A DNA stretch of 64,000 nt from Candidatus Woesearchaeota archaeon (GTDB lineage Archaea; Nanobdellota; Nanobdellia; Woesearchaeales; GW2011-AR15). Positions 10,757 to 22,500 of the stretch are shown here, one piece after another (within the stretch, counting starts at the first letter, position 1; every line of letters starts with the position of its first letter). The stretch covers positions 74,238 through 138,237 of the forward strand of contig JAVZBY010000002.1 of NCBI GenBank assembly GCA_038874655.1. Reading direction: 5' to 3'. A program made the position numbers and the translations under genes. The notes under the pieces were generated by a model. That model was not told where the DNA came from. It worked only from the letters and a program-made list of their open reading frames with translations, and made no database searches.

Positions 10757-11287
10757 ATGGTTGTAAATCTTAAAGAAGAGATAAAAAATTCAGATATTAA
10801 TCTTATTATAGGTTCAAAATCTAATTATATAGAAAATATTAATTTTATATTAAAAGAAATTAATTTTATTTCAAATAAGATAGGTTATATAACTTTAAAC
10901 AAACCATATACAAAAATACTTTCAGATATACAAAAACTAAACTTAGATAAGAATAAATTTTTCTTTGTGGATGCAATCACAGCAACAGTTTCCTCACCCC
11001 CTATTGTAGATAATTGTGTTTTTGTTAGCTCACCTAGTGCATTAACAGAAATAAGCGTTAGTTTTTCAACATTAGTTCAAGAGAAAAATGCTGATTTGAT
11101 TTTTTTTGATACAATATCTACTTTAATTATTTATCAAGATATAGGGCAAGTTATAAAATTTGCACATAATATAATTACAAAAGCAAGAGTTTTAGGAAAA
11201 AAAGCAATATTCCTAACATTAAAAGAAGATTCAGAAACCTTAATTAAAGATTTAAATATGTTTGTAGATAAAATTATTGAACTTTAA
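10757..11287 (+). CDS. RecA/KaiC-fold-like protein, probably catalytically inactive (archaeal signalling-associated)
   Basis: YITLNKPY, FFFVDAIT and LIFFDTISTLIIY resemble a KaiC-like ATPase core, but no intact Walker A is visible. Confidence 0.6.
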   Translation: MVVNLKEEIKNSDINLIIGSKSNYIENINFILKEINFISNKIGYITLNKPYTKILSDIQKLNLDKNKFFFVDAITATVSSPPIVDNCVFVSSPSALTEISVSFSTLVQEKNADLIFFDTISTLIIYQDIGQVIKFAHNIITKARVLGKKAIFLTLKEDSETLIKDLNMFVDKIIEL

Positions 11288-11342
11288 ATTATTTTTAAAT
11301 TTATAAAAAAATAAAAACCTTGAAAAAAATTTTAAAAAACTT

Positions 11343-12128
11343 TTACTTTTTTACATCAGATTTTTTCAAATTCTTTTTTAAAAATTCTATAGATTCTTTT
11401 GCAGTTTTTCTTAAACAATATAAACCCAAAGCAAAAAATAAATAAGCATAATACCATGTTAAATCAACTATAGATCCTTTAGTATAGGTATTATAATTTA
11501 TAGCATATAAACTATCACCAATAATAAACAAACATACACCAATTAAAATAAATATCCAGCTTTGTTTATATTTTCCACTCCAAACACTTAATATTAGAGC
11601 AATACAAGGTATTAATATAAATAAATCTGCAAAAACATAGCCAATAGTAACTAAATTTTCTAAAAGTGAAAATCCTTTACTCCAATTTACAGGGATAATA
11701 CTAAAATATAAATAACTTATTAAACCTATACTTAATAATAAAATAACTAGATTCTTTTTACTTTTAAAAAAATCAGAATTAACTAAATTTAATCCTAAAA
11801 ATAAGGCAATTGTCATAAAAAAATAACCACTCATATAAAAAAAATCTGCAATTGAAACAACAGCATTTTCATTTATTTGCCAAATTATTTCACCAATAAA
11901 CCATGTAATTATGCTCGCAGTTATAAAAAAACTAACCTTTCCTTGATGAGTATTAATTTTAAAATAATTAAAAGCCCTTATTCCAAAAAATATTGCAATA
12001 ATATGTGTTGAAAAATTTATTATGTTTAAAATTATAGGAAAAAAACTTCCACCTATCTTTAAATCGACAACTAGAAATAAGAATATTGCAAAAATAAAAA
12101 ACAACATAAATACATATTTTTTTTCCAT
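11343..12128 (-). CDS. Polytopic membrane protein resembling a membrane sensor domain (MASE/7TM-like)
   Basis: About 7 hydrophobic segments with WFIGEIIW, SIADFFY, YVFADL, IGDSLY and DLTW motifs; no cytoplasmic output domain. Confidence 0.65.
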   Translation of the reverse strand: MEKKYVFMLFFIFAIFLFLVVDLKIGGSFFPIILNIINFSTHIIAIFFGIRAFNYFKINTHQGKVSFFITASIITWFIGEIIWQINENAVVSIADFFYMSGYFFMTIALFLGLNLVNSDFFKSKKNLVILLLSIGLISYLYFSIIPVNWSKGFSLLENLVTIGYVFADLFILIPCIALILSVWSGKYKQSWIFILIGVCLFIIGDSLYAINYNTYTKGSIVDLTWYYAYLFFALGLYCLRKTAKESIEFLKKNLKKSDVKK

Positions 12129-12206
12129 TTCAATAACCTTTTTTTATTTATGAAACTTTACATATACTAAAATCAGTATTAATATATTTTTAATTAATTT
12201 AAATTT

Positions 12207-12437
12207 TTAGTTTAACTTTTTTAAGTCCTTTTCACTAATAATATTTTCTTTCAACAATAAGTTAATAGCATTTTCTTTACCCATATAGCCTACTAGCATA
12301 TGATAAGCTAATTCAATTAACTCTTTTTCATCATTATAATTTTCATCTACAATTTTTTTTACACTATCACCAAATATAGATTGTAAAATTTTCACAATTT
12401 TATCTTTAAGTGTTATAGAAACATATTTAACAATCAT
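12207..12437 (-). CDS. Small helical hypothetical protein
   Basis: 76-aa ORF with protein-like composition, co-oriented upstream of the membrane protein. Confidence 0.6.
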   Translation of the reverse strand: MIVKYVSITLKDKIVKILQSIFGDSVKKIVDENYNDEKELIELAYHMLVGYMGKENAINLLLKENIISEKDLKKLN

Positions 12438-12824
12438 TTATATATAGAATATTTATTTATTTTTATACTTTTTTTGTAACTTTTTAGTTATTAAATATTT
12501 TTTATACAAATTCAAAAAATATTTAAACAAATAAAATCTCACAAATTTGGGGGTGTTAGTTTGTATTTTACTAGTGTTTATTTTAAATTAATTTTTATAA
12601 TTTTTTATAACCTTAGTAAAATTAATATAAACAATTATAGTTATTTTGTTAAAAGATTATTTCACATTTTTTCTTCATATTCTTTTTTTTCTTTATTTAT
12701 TGCTTTTATTTATATTATAAATTATATATAATAAAATTTAAATTATACTATTTTTAATATAATTTTATATTTTTTTAAATATATAATAATACTTTTTTAA
12801 GTTTAATAAAATTTTTTTTATAGA

Positions 12825-12840
12825 GAAAAATATTTAAATA
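12825..12840 (+). promoter_or_regulatory. Putative archaeal BRE + TATA promoter
   Basis: GAAAAA-TATTTAAATA about 100 nt upstream of 12943; the AT-rich background lowers specificity. Confidence 0.4.
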
Positions 12841-12942
12841 TATTATATTTTATATAGTATAAAATTTGAGTTTAATTATTTTAATACACTAACTACTCTT
12901 AAACACTCTCAATATTCGTTATCAATATAATAAGGCAAAAAA

Positions 12943-13527
12943 TTGGTAGGAAGTAAATTAGAGAAAGAAATAATATCTATTTTTAATAGAGATATCTCTA
13001 CACTTCTTAGCATAAATCAGATTTCAAAAAAACTTAAAAAATCCTATCCAAATATTAACAATAAAGTCAATTCTTTAATCAAGGAGGGAATTCTGACAAA
13101 ATTAGAAACAGGAAGAAGTTATTTATGCACTATAAATCTAGAAAATGAAAAAGCAATAGCACTTCTTACAATAAATGAAGCAGATAAGAAAAAACAATAT
13201 GAAAAAAAAATTAATTTAATAAAAGAAGAAATAAATGATATAAAAAATAAATTCAAAGTTTATACTATTTTGCTTCATAATACAACATTAATTTTTGTTT
13301 TAGATTACTTGAATGATAAAGAAGCAATAAAAAATCTTTATGAAAATATAAAAAAATTTGATTTAATCTTTTTTGATAAAACTTCTTTTCAACAATATCT
13401 AATTAAAAATCCAAACCTCTTAAATGAATTTATAATTATTTATTCGTATGAGAAGTATTATGAACTAGTTAATGAAATAAAAAACAATCTTATCTTGAAT
13501 AATAAAAAAGTAAAAAACAAGGATTAA
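12943..13527 (+). CDS. Winged-HTH protein with degenerate nucleotidyltransferase-like C-terminus, putative regulator
   Basis: LSINQISKKLKKSYPNINNKVNSLIKEGIL...GRSYLC wHTH; TTG start. Confidence 0.7.
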   Translation: MVGSKLEKEIISIFNRDISTLLSINQISKKLKKSYPNINNKVNSLIKEGILTKLETGRSYLCTINLENEKAIALLTINEADKKKQYEKKINLIKEEINDIKNKFKVYTILLHNTTLIFVLDYLNDKEAIKNLYENIKKFDLIFFDKTSFQQYLIKNPNLLNEFIIIYSYEKYYELVNEIKNNLILNNKKVKNKD

Positions 13528-13566
13528 AAAATAAAACAAATAACTAAAAAAATAAAAAACTAAAAA

Positions 13567-16500
13567 ATGAATTCAGAAAAAAATTATCCGAAATTTGTAT
13601 CATTGTTTTTAATTATATTAATTATAGTAATAAGTATAGTAATAATCAATGCACAAAATCTTTTAGAAAACAATTATATAAAAATTAATAAAAAAGAATT
13701 CTTCTTAGGTGAAACAGTTGAAATAGAGCTTTTAATAAATGACCTAAATAATATTAACATTGATTTATATACACCAAACGCAATATATAAATATCCTTTT
13801 CCTTCAAAAATTATAAAATATAAACCAATATTAGAGGGTAATTATAGATTAGTGGTTTTAAAAAATAAAGAAATATTAACAACAACAACTTTTTTTGTTA
13901 AAAAAAATGAATATAATTTGATTGAAGAAATATTAAATCAGTCAACTATTAAAAATAACGAAGAAACTGAAAACCTCTTAGATATTAATAAACCTAATTT
14001 AATTACAGATAAAGAAACATATCTTCTCAATCAAGAGGTTATAATTAGCATTAATAACCTATCCATAGATGATTTATCTAACTATAATTTAATTATAAAT
14101 AGTTCTAATACTATTATTAATTATATAGATTTAAAATCAAACACAATAAAATTTTTTCCAAAAAAACAAGGTATTTATACATTAATATTAATAAGCAAAA
14201 AATCAAATGAAGAGATAGCAAAAAAAGAAATTTCAGTTAATTCATTTAATCAACAGTTTAATAATGAAATCTCTTTAAACTATGATAATAAAACTAATTC
14301 TATTAATAATAACATAGACAATCAAAAAGAAATTATGATAAATCAATCAATAGAATATTCAGATAATTTATTTAATAATTCAAAAAATATTGAACAGCTT
14401 AACAGACAATATAATAATTTACCTTTTAAAATTAAGAATAGTAAAAATTATTTCTTAATAGCAAACATCACAATATCAAATAAAAGATTAAAAAACCTCT
14501 CATTAGACACATTTTCATTTATTAACTTATCAGATGACCTTTATGATATAGAAATTCAACCAAATATTAGACAAATAAGAAAAATAAAATTACATAATGT
14601 ATCATTTAAAGGCAATTTTGATTTAGGTCTGGAAGAAATTGATTCTCAAGCAACAAAATTTAAAGATATTAAAAAAGCAATTGCTATTGATCCAAGCAAA
14701 ATTAATTTCACAAATGGTTTTATTGAAATAAATGCTACTTCAGATGTATTGTTAAAATGTAAAGATTGGAACTTTACAGAGCAGAAATGCTTTGGAAAAT
14801 TTGAATTAATAAAAACATTAAATAAGGGACAAACCTATTTTATTGATATAAATAGCACAGATCCTGCATACTATGAGTTGGGGTTAGCATCTATAAATAC
14901 AAATAAATCCTTATACAAAGAAAATGAAACAGCACAAATATGGATTGTTGCACTAGATTATACAGGACATTTAATATCTAATGCAAATATAACTTTACAA
15001 ATAATTTCACCCAATAATGAGATTTTTATATTTTCTACAGATTCAAATATTTCCCAAATAGAATTAGGAATTTATGAATTAAATTTCACAACAAAAGAAC
15101 AAGGTAATTACACTATATTTGCAAATGTTTATAGTAATTTAATTAATACAACTTTATTTAGTTTTTTCTCTGTAGTTGATTATTATGAATTTGAAATAAT
15201 AAGAAAAAGTCCATTAACCACAGATCCTTGGCGTGATACTTTTACAACAAAATTAAAAATAATTTCAAACAACCATAATGGCTTATTTAATTTAACAGAA
15301 AAAATACCAATCGGCTTTGAGATTATTGAAACAGATGCTATTATAACAAATGATTCAAATTATTATTATCTAACTTGGAATAATTTACAAAACAATTCAG
15401 AAGTTAATTACACAGCATTAGCTCCTTTTATTACTCCTGCAGTATACGAATTTAAATCCTTTGTTTCTTATGAAATGAATAATCAATCTTTAATATTTAA
15501 CGAAGCAAAACCATGGTTCTTAGCAGTAGATCCTATTATGTACACACAAGTTTGTCAAGCACAAATTAACTCAGTAGGTCAAAATACATTTGGAAGTGCA
15601 TGTGATGGTGTTTATCCAAGCTCATGTAGCGCTACTGGAGATTTATTAACTTGTAATGATAATTTTTTTGAAACCCATACAGGCACCAACACAAACAGAT
15701 GGGCAGGTGTTAGAATTTCAGCATATGATTCAACAATAAGAGATTGTGTTTCAATAACTAGAGTTGAATTATGTTATGAATGGTGGCGTGATATAGGATT
15801 TAGCAATGCAAGAATTGCAGTTGATAGAAATAATTGGGCTTCACCAACAACAGTAACAACAACATTACCTGGAACAACTGCAAACCCAGGAGTTACTTGT
15901 GCAGATGTTACTTCTTTAGAAGCATGGACATGTGATAATTTTGACGGAACAGGACAAGCAGCACAGGCAGTAGCACAAGCACAAAGAGATAATTCTGGCT
16001 CAACAAGAACTCTTTACATTGATGTTTTGTTTTTTAATGTGACTTATTTAAGAGATTACCCTCCAAACATAACACAAAATAGACCACCTTCATATTATTA
16101 TAACGATACTTTCAGCCCAATAAATATTACATTTAATTGCTCTGCTGTTGATGATATCAGAGTTAGTAATATCTCATTATATATAACAAATCTAAATAAT
16201 AATTCATTTGCATTAAATCAAAGCTGTAATATCTTAGCAACATCTGGAAGTTGTCAATGGACTTTATTATTGCCAAGTGGAAATTACACATGGAATTGTT
16301 TAGCTTATGACAATAGAACACAAGGAACATGGGGCACAAATAGAACAATAATTATTAATTACACTATGCCACCAACACCAAAGATTAATTCTTATAGTTG
16401 TGAAATAAATACACTAAATAATTGGCAGCCATGTAATACAATAGCATATGGCAATACTATATTAAGGGTTAGAGCAAATTGTACAACAGACTCAGGATTA

Positions 16501-19500
16501 ATAACAAACACAACCTTCTTGTTATATAATCTTCCTGATAACATTTATTTATTAAATGGCACATCTACAACACAAACATCAGGATATTATATTTATGATA
16601 ATCCTGATTTACAAATAACTGACTCAGGATACTTTAATTTAAGTGTCCAATGTTTCAATTCATTTAATAAAAACCAAACAAATACTACAGCATGGAATTT
16701 AGCTTGGGGTACTTTAAGTTCTCAATTAATTTATCCATTTGAGCCTATATCTGTTCCTCAAAATTCAACTTTTAATTTTACTTCAAGATTAACTTGTTTA
16801 GGTGGTGAATGTGGTGATGTAAATGCAACATTGGATCCGATTTATATTGTTTTATTTAATCATACCTTTGAAACAGGATTAGAAGATTTTATTTGGTTAG
16901 ATGACATTTATGGCACAAATCAACCAACACAATCAGAGGGTTATGTTACAAACAGAATTTTTTGTCCTAATGGTTTTTGTTTATTTGGTGATTTGCATAC
17001 TGTAAATAATAGCAATACAGGTCCTTGGAGTGGTGGCTTTAACAAAACATTTAATTTAACATCTTATACCTATGGATTAAAAGCAAACATTACAGTTAAT
17101 ATAACTTTTGATTATAACTTAATAATAGATCAGACAACAGAAGCAGGAGAATATGTTTATCTTTATTATAGAAATATCACCTCAAAAACATCTGTACAAG
17201 GTCCTAACATACAAGGTTCAGGAGCAGGCGGAACTGATGAGGTATTTGAAAATGTCTCAGGTAGAATTTCTTTAATATTTTATAATGTCTCTGATGTTTT
17301 TTCATTTGATGTTGGTTGTTATATGACTGACACAAATGCCAATGACGAAGACGGTGGTTGTTTTATTGATAATATTTTAATTCAAGCAACTGTTGAATTA
17401 AATAAAGGAAAAATTTCTAATATCCCCGGAACAAAACCCTTCTGGACATTGTCACCTAATCCTTATACAGAAGCGAATTTAGCATGTTTAAGAAATATGA
17501 TAGCTGGCCAAAGTTGTAACACTACTTGGGTTGTTAATGCAACAGGTCCTTTATACACGACATGGGACTTTTTTGTTTTATATGAGCCTACAGAATATTC
17601 AAGTTATCTTTCATTTAATAAATCTAAATCAGTTAATATAACAATAACCGATATGGTTAGACCTGTTATTACTTTTGTACAATGTCAAAGAAATTCAACT
17701 TCTTGGGTTTCATGTGATTCTATAAAATACAATGAATACATCTCAGGTGTTAGAGGCACTTGCACATATACAGAAGGCATTATAACAAGTATGAGTTTTA
17801 ATTTAAAAAACCAATTTTACAATAGGACTTATTTTGATGTTTCAACCACAGACAATTCAACTAACTATTGGACATCAACCTTTAGTCCAATTAGAGTTAA
17901 TAACTCAGGTAATTTTGCTTTGTATTCAAGGTGTTATGCAAACTCTCTATTTGGTGATTATTCATTAAATTGGTCTTTACCTTATGGAACAATCTATATT
18001 TCATGGATAAATTTATCTAGTGAAGTAAATGTAACGCAAAATAAATTTTCTAATTTTTCTGTTTTATTAACATGTCAAGGAGGAGAATGTATAAACATAA
18101 GTGCATTTATTGATCCAGAAATAGGCCAACAATTTGCATTAATGACCTTTGATGGTTCAACTAATTTTCCATTAAGGGATGGTCTATGTAACACAGCAAC
18201 AGATACATGCGCATTAAGTAATCCTTGGGATGATTTTGACAATTGTATTGCAGGAAATGGTCAATATGGAATATGTGCATCAAGATATGCTGGCTCTGGT
18301 GGAACAGAAAGAGGTTTATTATGCCAAGGATGTGATAGAAATAATGCAGGAAACACAGGCGGCTTATATATTTCATTAAACTCAACACCATGTGGTGGCT
18401 ATCCTTGTCAATATATTTTTATTTCATATTATCAAGCAGTACAAAGCATGGATGCAGCAAATGAAGGCAGTGTTGTTTTAGTTAGGGATAATGATGGTAT
18501 TTGGCGAGAAGTTTCAAGATGTATTGATAATGACTTATGCGATTGTGATAGAATAGCAGGATGTACTTTAGCCACAATCGGACAATATGCACAATATGTA
18601 AATGTAAATTTATGTGATATCCCAGGAATTGATTGTACTCAACCATTAGATATATTTTTCACTTCTTACGCAACTAATGTAAATCAAGGAACTGGAGATT
18701 ACTTTATGTGGGATCAAATTAATATAACAGGCTATTTACCAAAAGGGATTATATCTTATGGAAGTGGCTCTCCTTTTTATACTACCTATGCTAATCCTGT
18801 TTATAGACAAAATAATTCATGTTTAGCTTATTTAGATGTAGGCCAATCTTGTATAATTACCTGGCCAGTAAATGCAACAGGAAACTTAAATTCTCTACAC
18901 GAATTTTATGTAAATGCCACAACCTTTAATAATCAAACAACTCAAAGTTCAATAATTGATGTAAGAATAACAGATAATAAACTGCCTTATGTTTCTTTTA
19001 TAACTTTGAATCCAATTAATCCAACTTCTTATGATAATTTAAATTGCTCATTTATAATAAATGATGCTAATTATTTTGATAAATTATATGCAAACATAAC
19101 ATGGTATAGAAATGATATTGTTTATTCAAATCAAATGATATCCATTAATAATAATCAATTAACTTCAGTAATTTTATCAAGCTCCAATACAAATAACGGA
19201 GAAGTTTGGCATTGTGGTATAACACCTTATGACGAAACTGTTTATGGAAATCAATTAAATTCAACAAAAGTCAATATCCTAATTAGTCAGCCACCAATAA
19301 TCTCTAATGTACAATGCCAAAGAAACTCAACTTCCTGGGTATCATGTTCAGATATTAAGTTTAATGATATTTTAACAATGGTTAGAGCACAATGCATAGA
19401 TTTAGATGGTTATGTAATGAATGTTACTTTTAATTTAACAAATTTTGAAGACAAATATTTATTTTTTAAAAATACAACCTATATGCCAGAATCAGGATAT

Positions 19501-22500
19501 TACTACTTTAATAATACAGATATCCTAATAAGAGATTCTGGTAATTTTAATTTATCTGTTTCTTGTATTGATGATACTAATGTAGAAACAGTTTATTATT
19601 TAACTTGGCTTGTTCCATTTGGAAAATTAAAAGGGCAATGGTTAAATCCCCCAAATATTAATGTAAATGTTACTAGGTATAAATTATCTAACTTCTCAGT
19701 TAGAATTATATGCGAGGGTGGTGAATGCGGAAATATTACTGCGGTTTTAGATCCCTTAATATTATATCCACAAGCGAACATGGATTTTGAATCTCCAACT
19801 AATTTTCCATTAGCCACTGGACAATGTGGCACTGGCGCAGGTTGGCAATGTGCAGATTCTTCTCCTTGGGATGATTTTGACAATTGTATAGGCGGAAATG
19901 GTGTTTATGGTATTTGTGCATCAACAGAAGCAAACTCAGGAGAAACAGGCATTAGAGGTTTAGAATGTAGGGGTTGTGATAGAGCAGATGCATTAAACCA
20001 AGGTGGATTATACATAAACATTCCAGCAAGATCTTGCAATGACTATGTTTGTGAGCAAATCAATATTTCTTTTTACCAAATTGTTCAAAGTATGGATAAT
20101 GCAAATGAAGGAAGCGCTGTCTTAGTAAGAGATGAAGATGGAATTTGGCGTAATTTAACAACTTGTATGGATAATCAACCAAGATGTGATTGTGATGTCA
20201 TTCCTGGCTGTACTAGAGCAGAAATGGGTGCTTATGCTCAATTTTTCAAAAAAGATTTATGTCAAGTTCCAGGAATAAATTGCAGTCAAAATATAAGTAT
20301 TTTATTTACTTCTTATAATCTAATAAATCATGGAACAGACGATTATTTCGCATGGGATAAAATTTTAGTTGAGAAATATGGACAAAAAGGCATTATTCCA
20401 GTTGGTAGTGGTTTTCCATTTTATGTAATTGAAAACAATCCTAGAACATGGAATGATTTTTCATGTTTATATAATATGACCTCTGGAGACTCATGTGAAA
20501 TTACATGGCAAGTAAATGCAACTGGAAACTATAATAAAACACATGAGTTTTTTGCTTATTTTAATTCAACATATTCAGCTATCGAATTAAATGAAACAAA
20601 ACATATTTATGTAACAATTACAGATAACTTTCCACCGAGAGTTACTTATGTCGAAATTGGTCCAGAAGTTGCGCTTAATGATACAGATATCTATTGTAGC
20701 TTTATTATAACAGATCCAAATTACTTTGATAGTTTATGGGCTAATATAACATGGTATAGAAATAAAACTTTCTACTTTAATCAACAAGTTCCTATATCCA
20801 TAAATACACTAACACAAGTTTATTTATTGGCAAATAATACAGAGCCAGGTGAATATTGGCACTGTGGTGTAACACCTTTTGATGGTTCTATTTATGGAAA
20901 TCAAGTTAATTCAACAAATTTAACAATTTATTTATATCCACCCCCAAGCATAAATTCAATACAATGTAATGTGAATGGATTATGGAAAGATTGTAAAAAT
21001 ATTTTGTATTTTACTAATTTTTCAGCAATAAGAACTAATTGTTCCTCAAATGAAGGAATGGTTAATGCAACATTTAACTTCACAAATATTCCTGATAATA
21101 AAGTATTCTTTAACAATTTAACAACAACCTACTCAAATGGCTATTTTATTTTTGATTTTGAAGACATAAACATTACAGATTCAGGTGAAATGGAAATTTA
21201 TGCAAAATGTATAGATAATGTTAATCAAGTTGTTTATGGAAAAGTAAATTGGACAATTCTTTGGGGAACACTAACAGCATCCTTAGTTTATCCAGACTCA
21301 GATACAAGTGTTCAAAGAAATAACTTCTTTACTTTCCAAGCAAGAGTAACTTGCTCGGGGGGTGAATGTGGAAACATAAATGCAACATTAGATCCTTATA
21401 CAAATTCAACTATTTATGATTTTAAGCAAGGATATAATATTGATAAATTCGCTTGGGTCATAGATAGTAATAATAATCCACCAGAGTCATTGCCAAATTC
21501 AAGAACAGCATTAACTTTAGCACAAGTTGCACTGATAAATGTTTCAGATAATAATAGATATACAATGCCAGATCCAGGAGCGGGTGATTGGATTTCATTG
21601 GATATGATAATGAATATAAAAGAAAAAAGAGAAGACATAACAAAAATGCAATTTTATTTTGAGGGTTATCCTAATATAGCATCAACATTACAAATATATG
21701 CATGGAATTTTAATACAAATACATGGAACTCATTAGGAACACAGTCTTTTTCAACAGGTTCTGACCAAATAATGACAGTAAATATAACATCAAATATATT
21801 AAATTACATAAATGCTTCAAACAATAATATAAGATGGCTTTTATTAAATACATTAACTAGTGAATACATATTAGTTGATTATGTTTATGTAAATATAACT
21901 TATAATGCGTATAAAGGAATTATCCCAAGACAAGAAGGTGCAATTCCTTTTTATACAAGAGACTATAACCCAAAAGATTATACAAATCAATCCTGTTTGG
22001 GCAATATGATATCCGGCCAATCATGTATTGCATCATGGTTAGTTAATGCCACAGGACCTTTAGGTTCAACACATGAATTTTTTGTTTATTTCAATGCAAC
22101 AAATTATTCACAATATATTATGCCTAAAGAAACAACCCATATCTTTATTACAATAACAGATTCAACATTAGTACCGCCAATTGTTATTTTAAATGATCCT
22201 CAAGATAATTTATACACAAATAATCAAAATATTATATTTAATTGTTCAGTTACAGATAATTTTAATTTAAAAAATATTAGTTTAGTAGCTGATTTCAACG
22301 GAATTTTTGATATAAATGAAACTTATCAAATAACTGGAACATCAAACACATCTTTATTTTACAAATATTTAGATGATGGAAAATACATATGGAATTGTTT
22401 GGCTTATGATTCAGATAATAATTTAGATTGGGGAAATTCAAATAGAACTTTAACAATTGATACAAAAGAGCCAACAATAATCTTAAATAATCCTTTAAAT

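Noticed and set aside
16791-22160. Conserved-repeat/variable-spacer pattern considered as a CRISPR array, DGR or shufflon
   Set aside because: The repeats are conserved at protein level with synonymous divergence, the inserts are 500-630 bp in frame, and no cas, reverse transcriptase or recombinase gene is in the window.
16163-22477. Minus-strand ORFs within giant protein 1 (16163, 18161, 19596, 20928, 21414, 21458, 22295)
   Set aside because: Fully nested antisense to the 4796-aa ORF, with no recognisable motifs.
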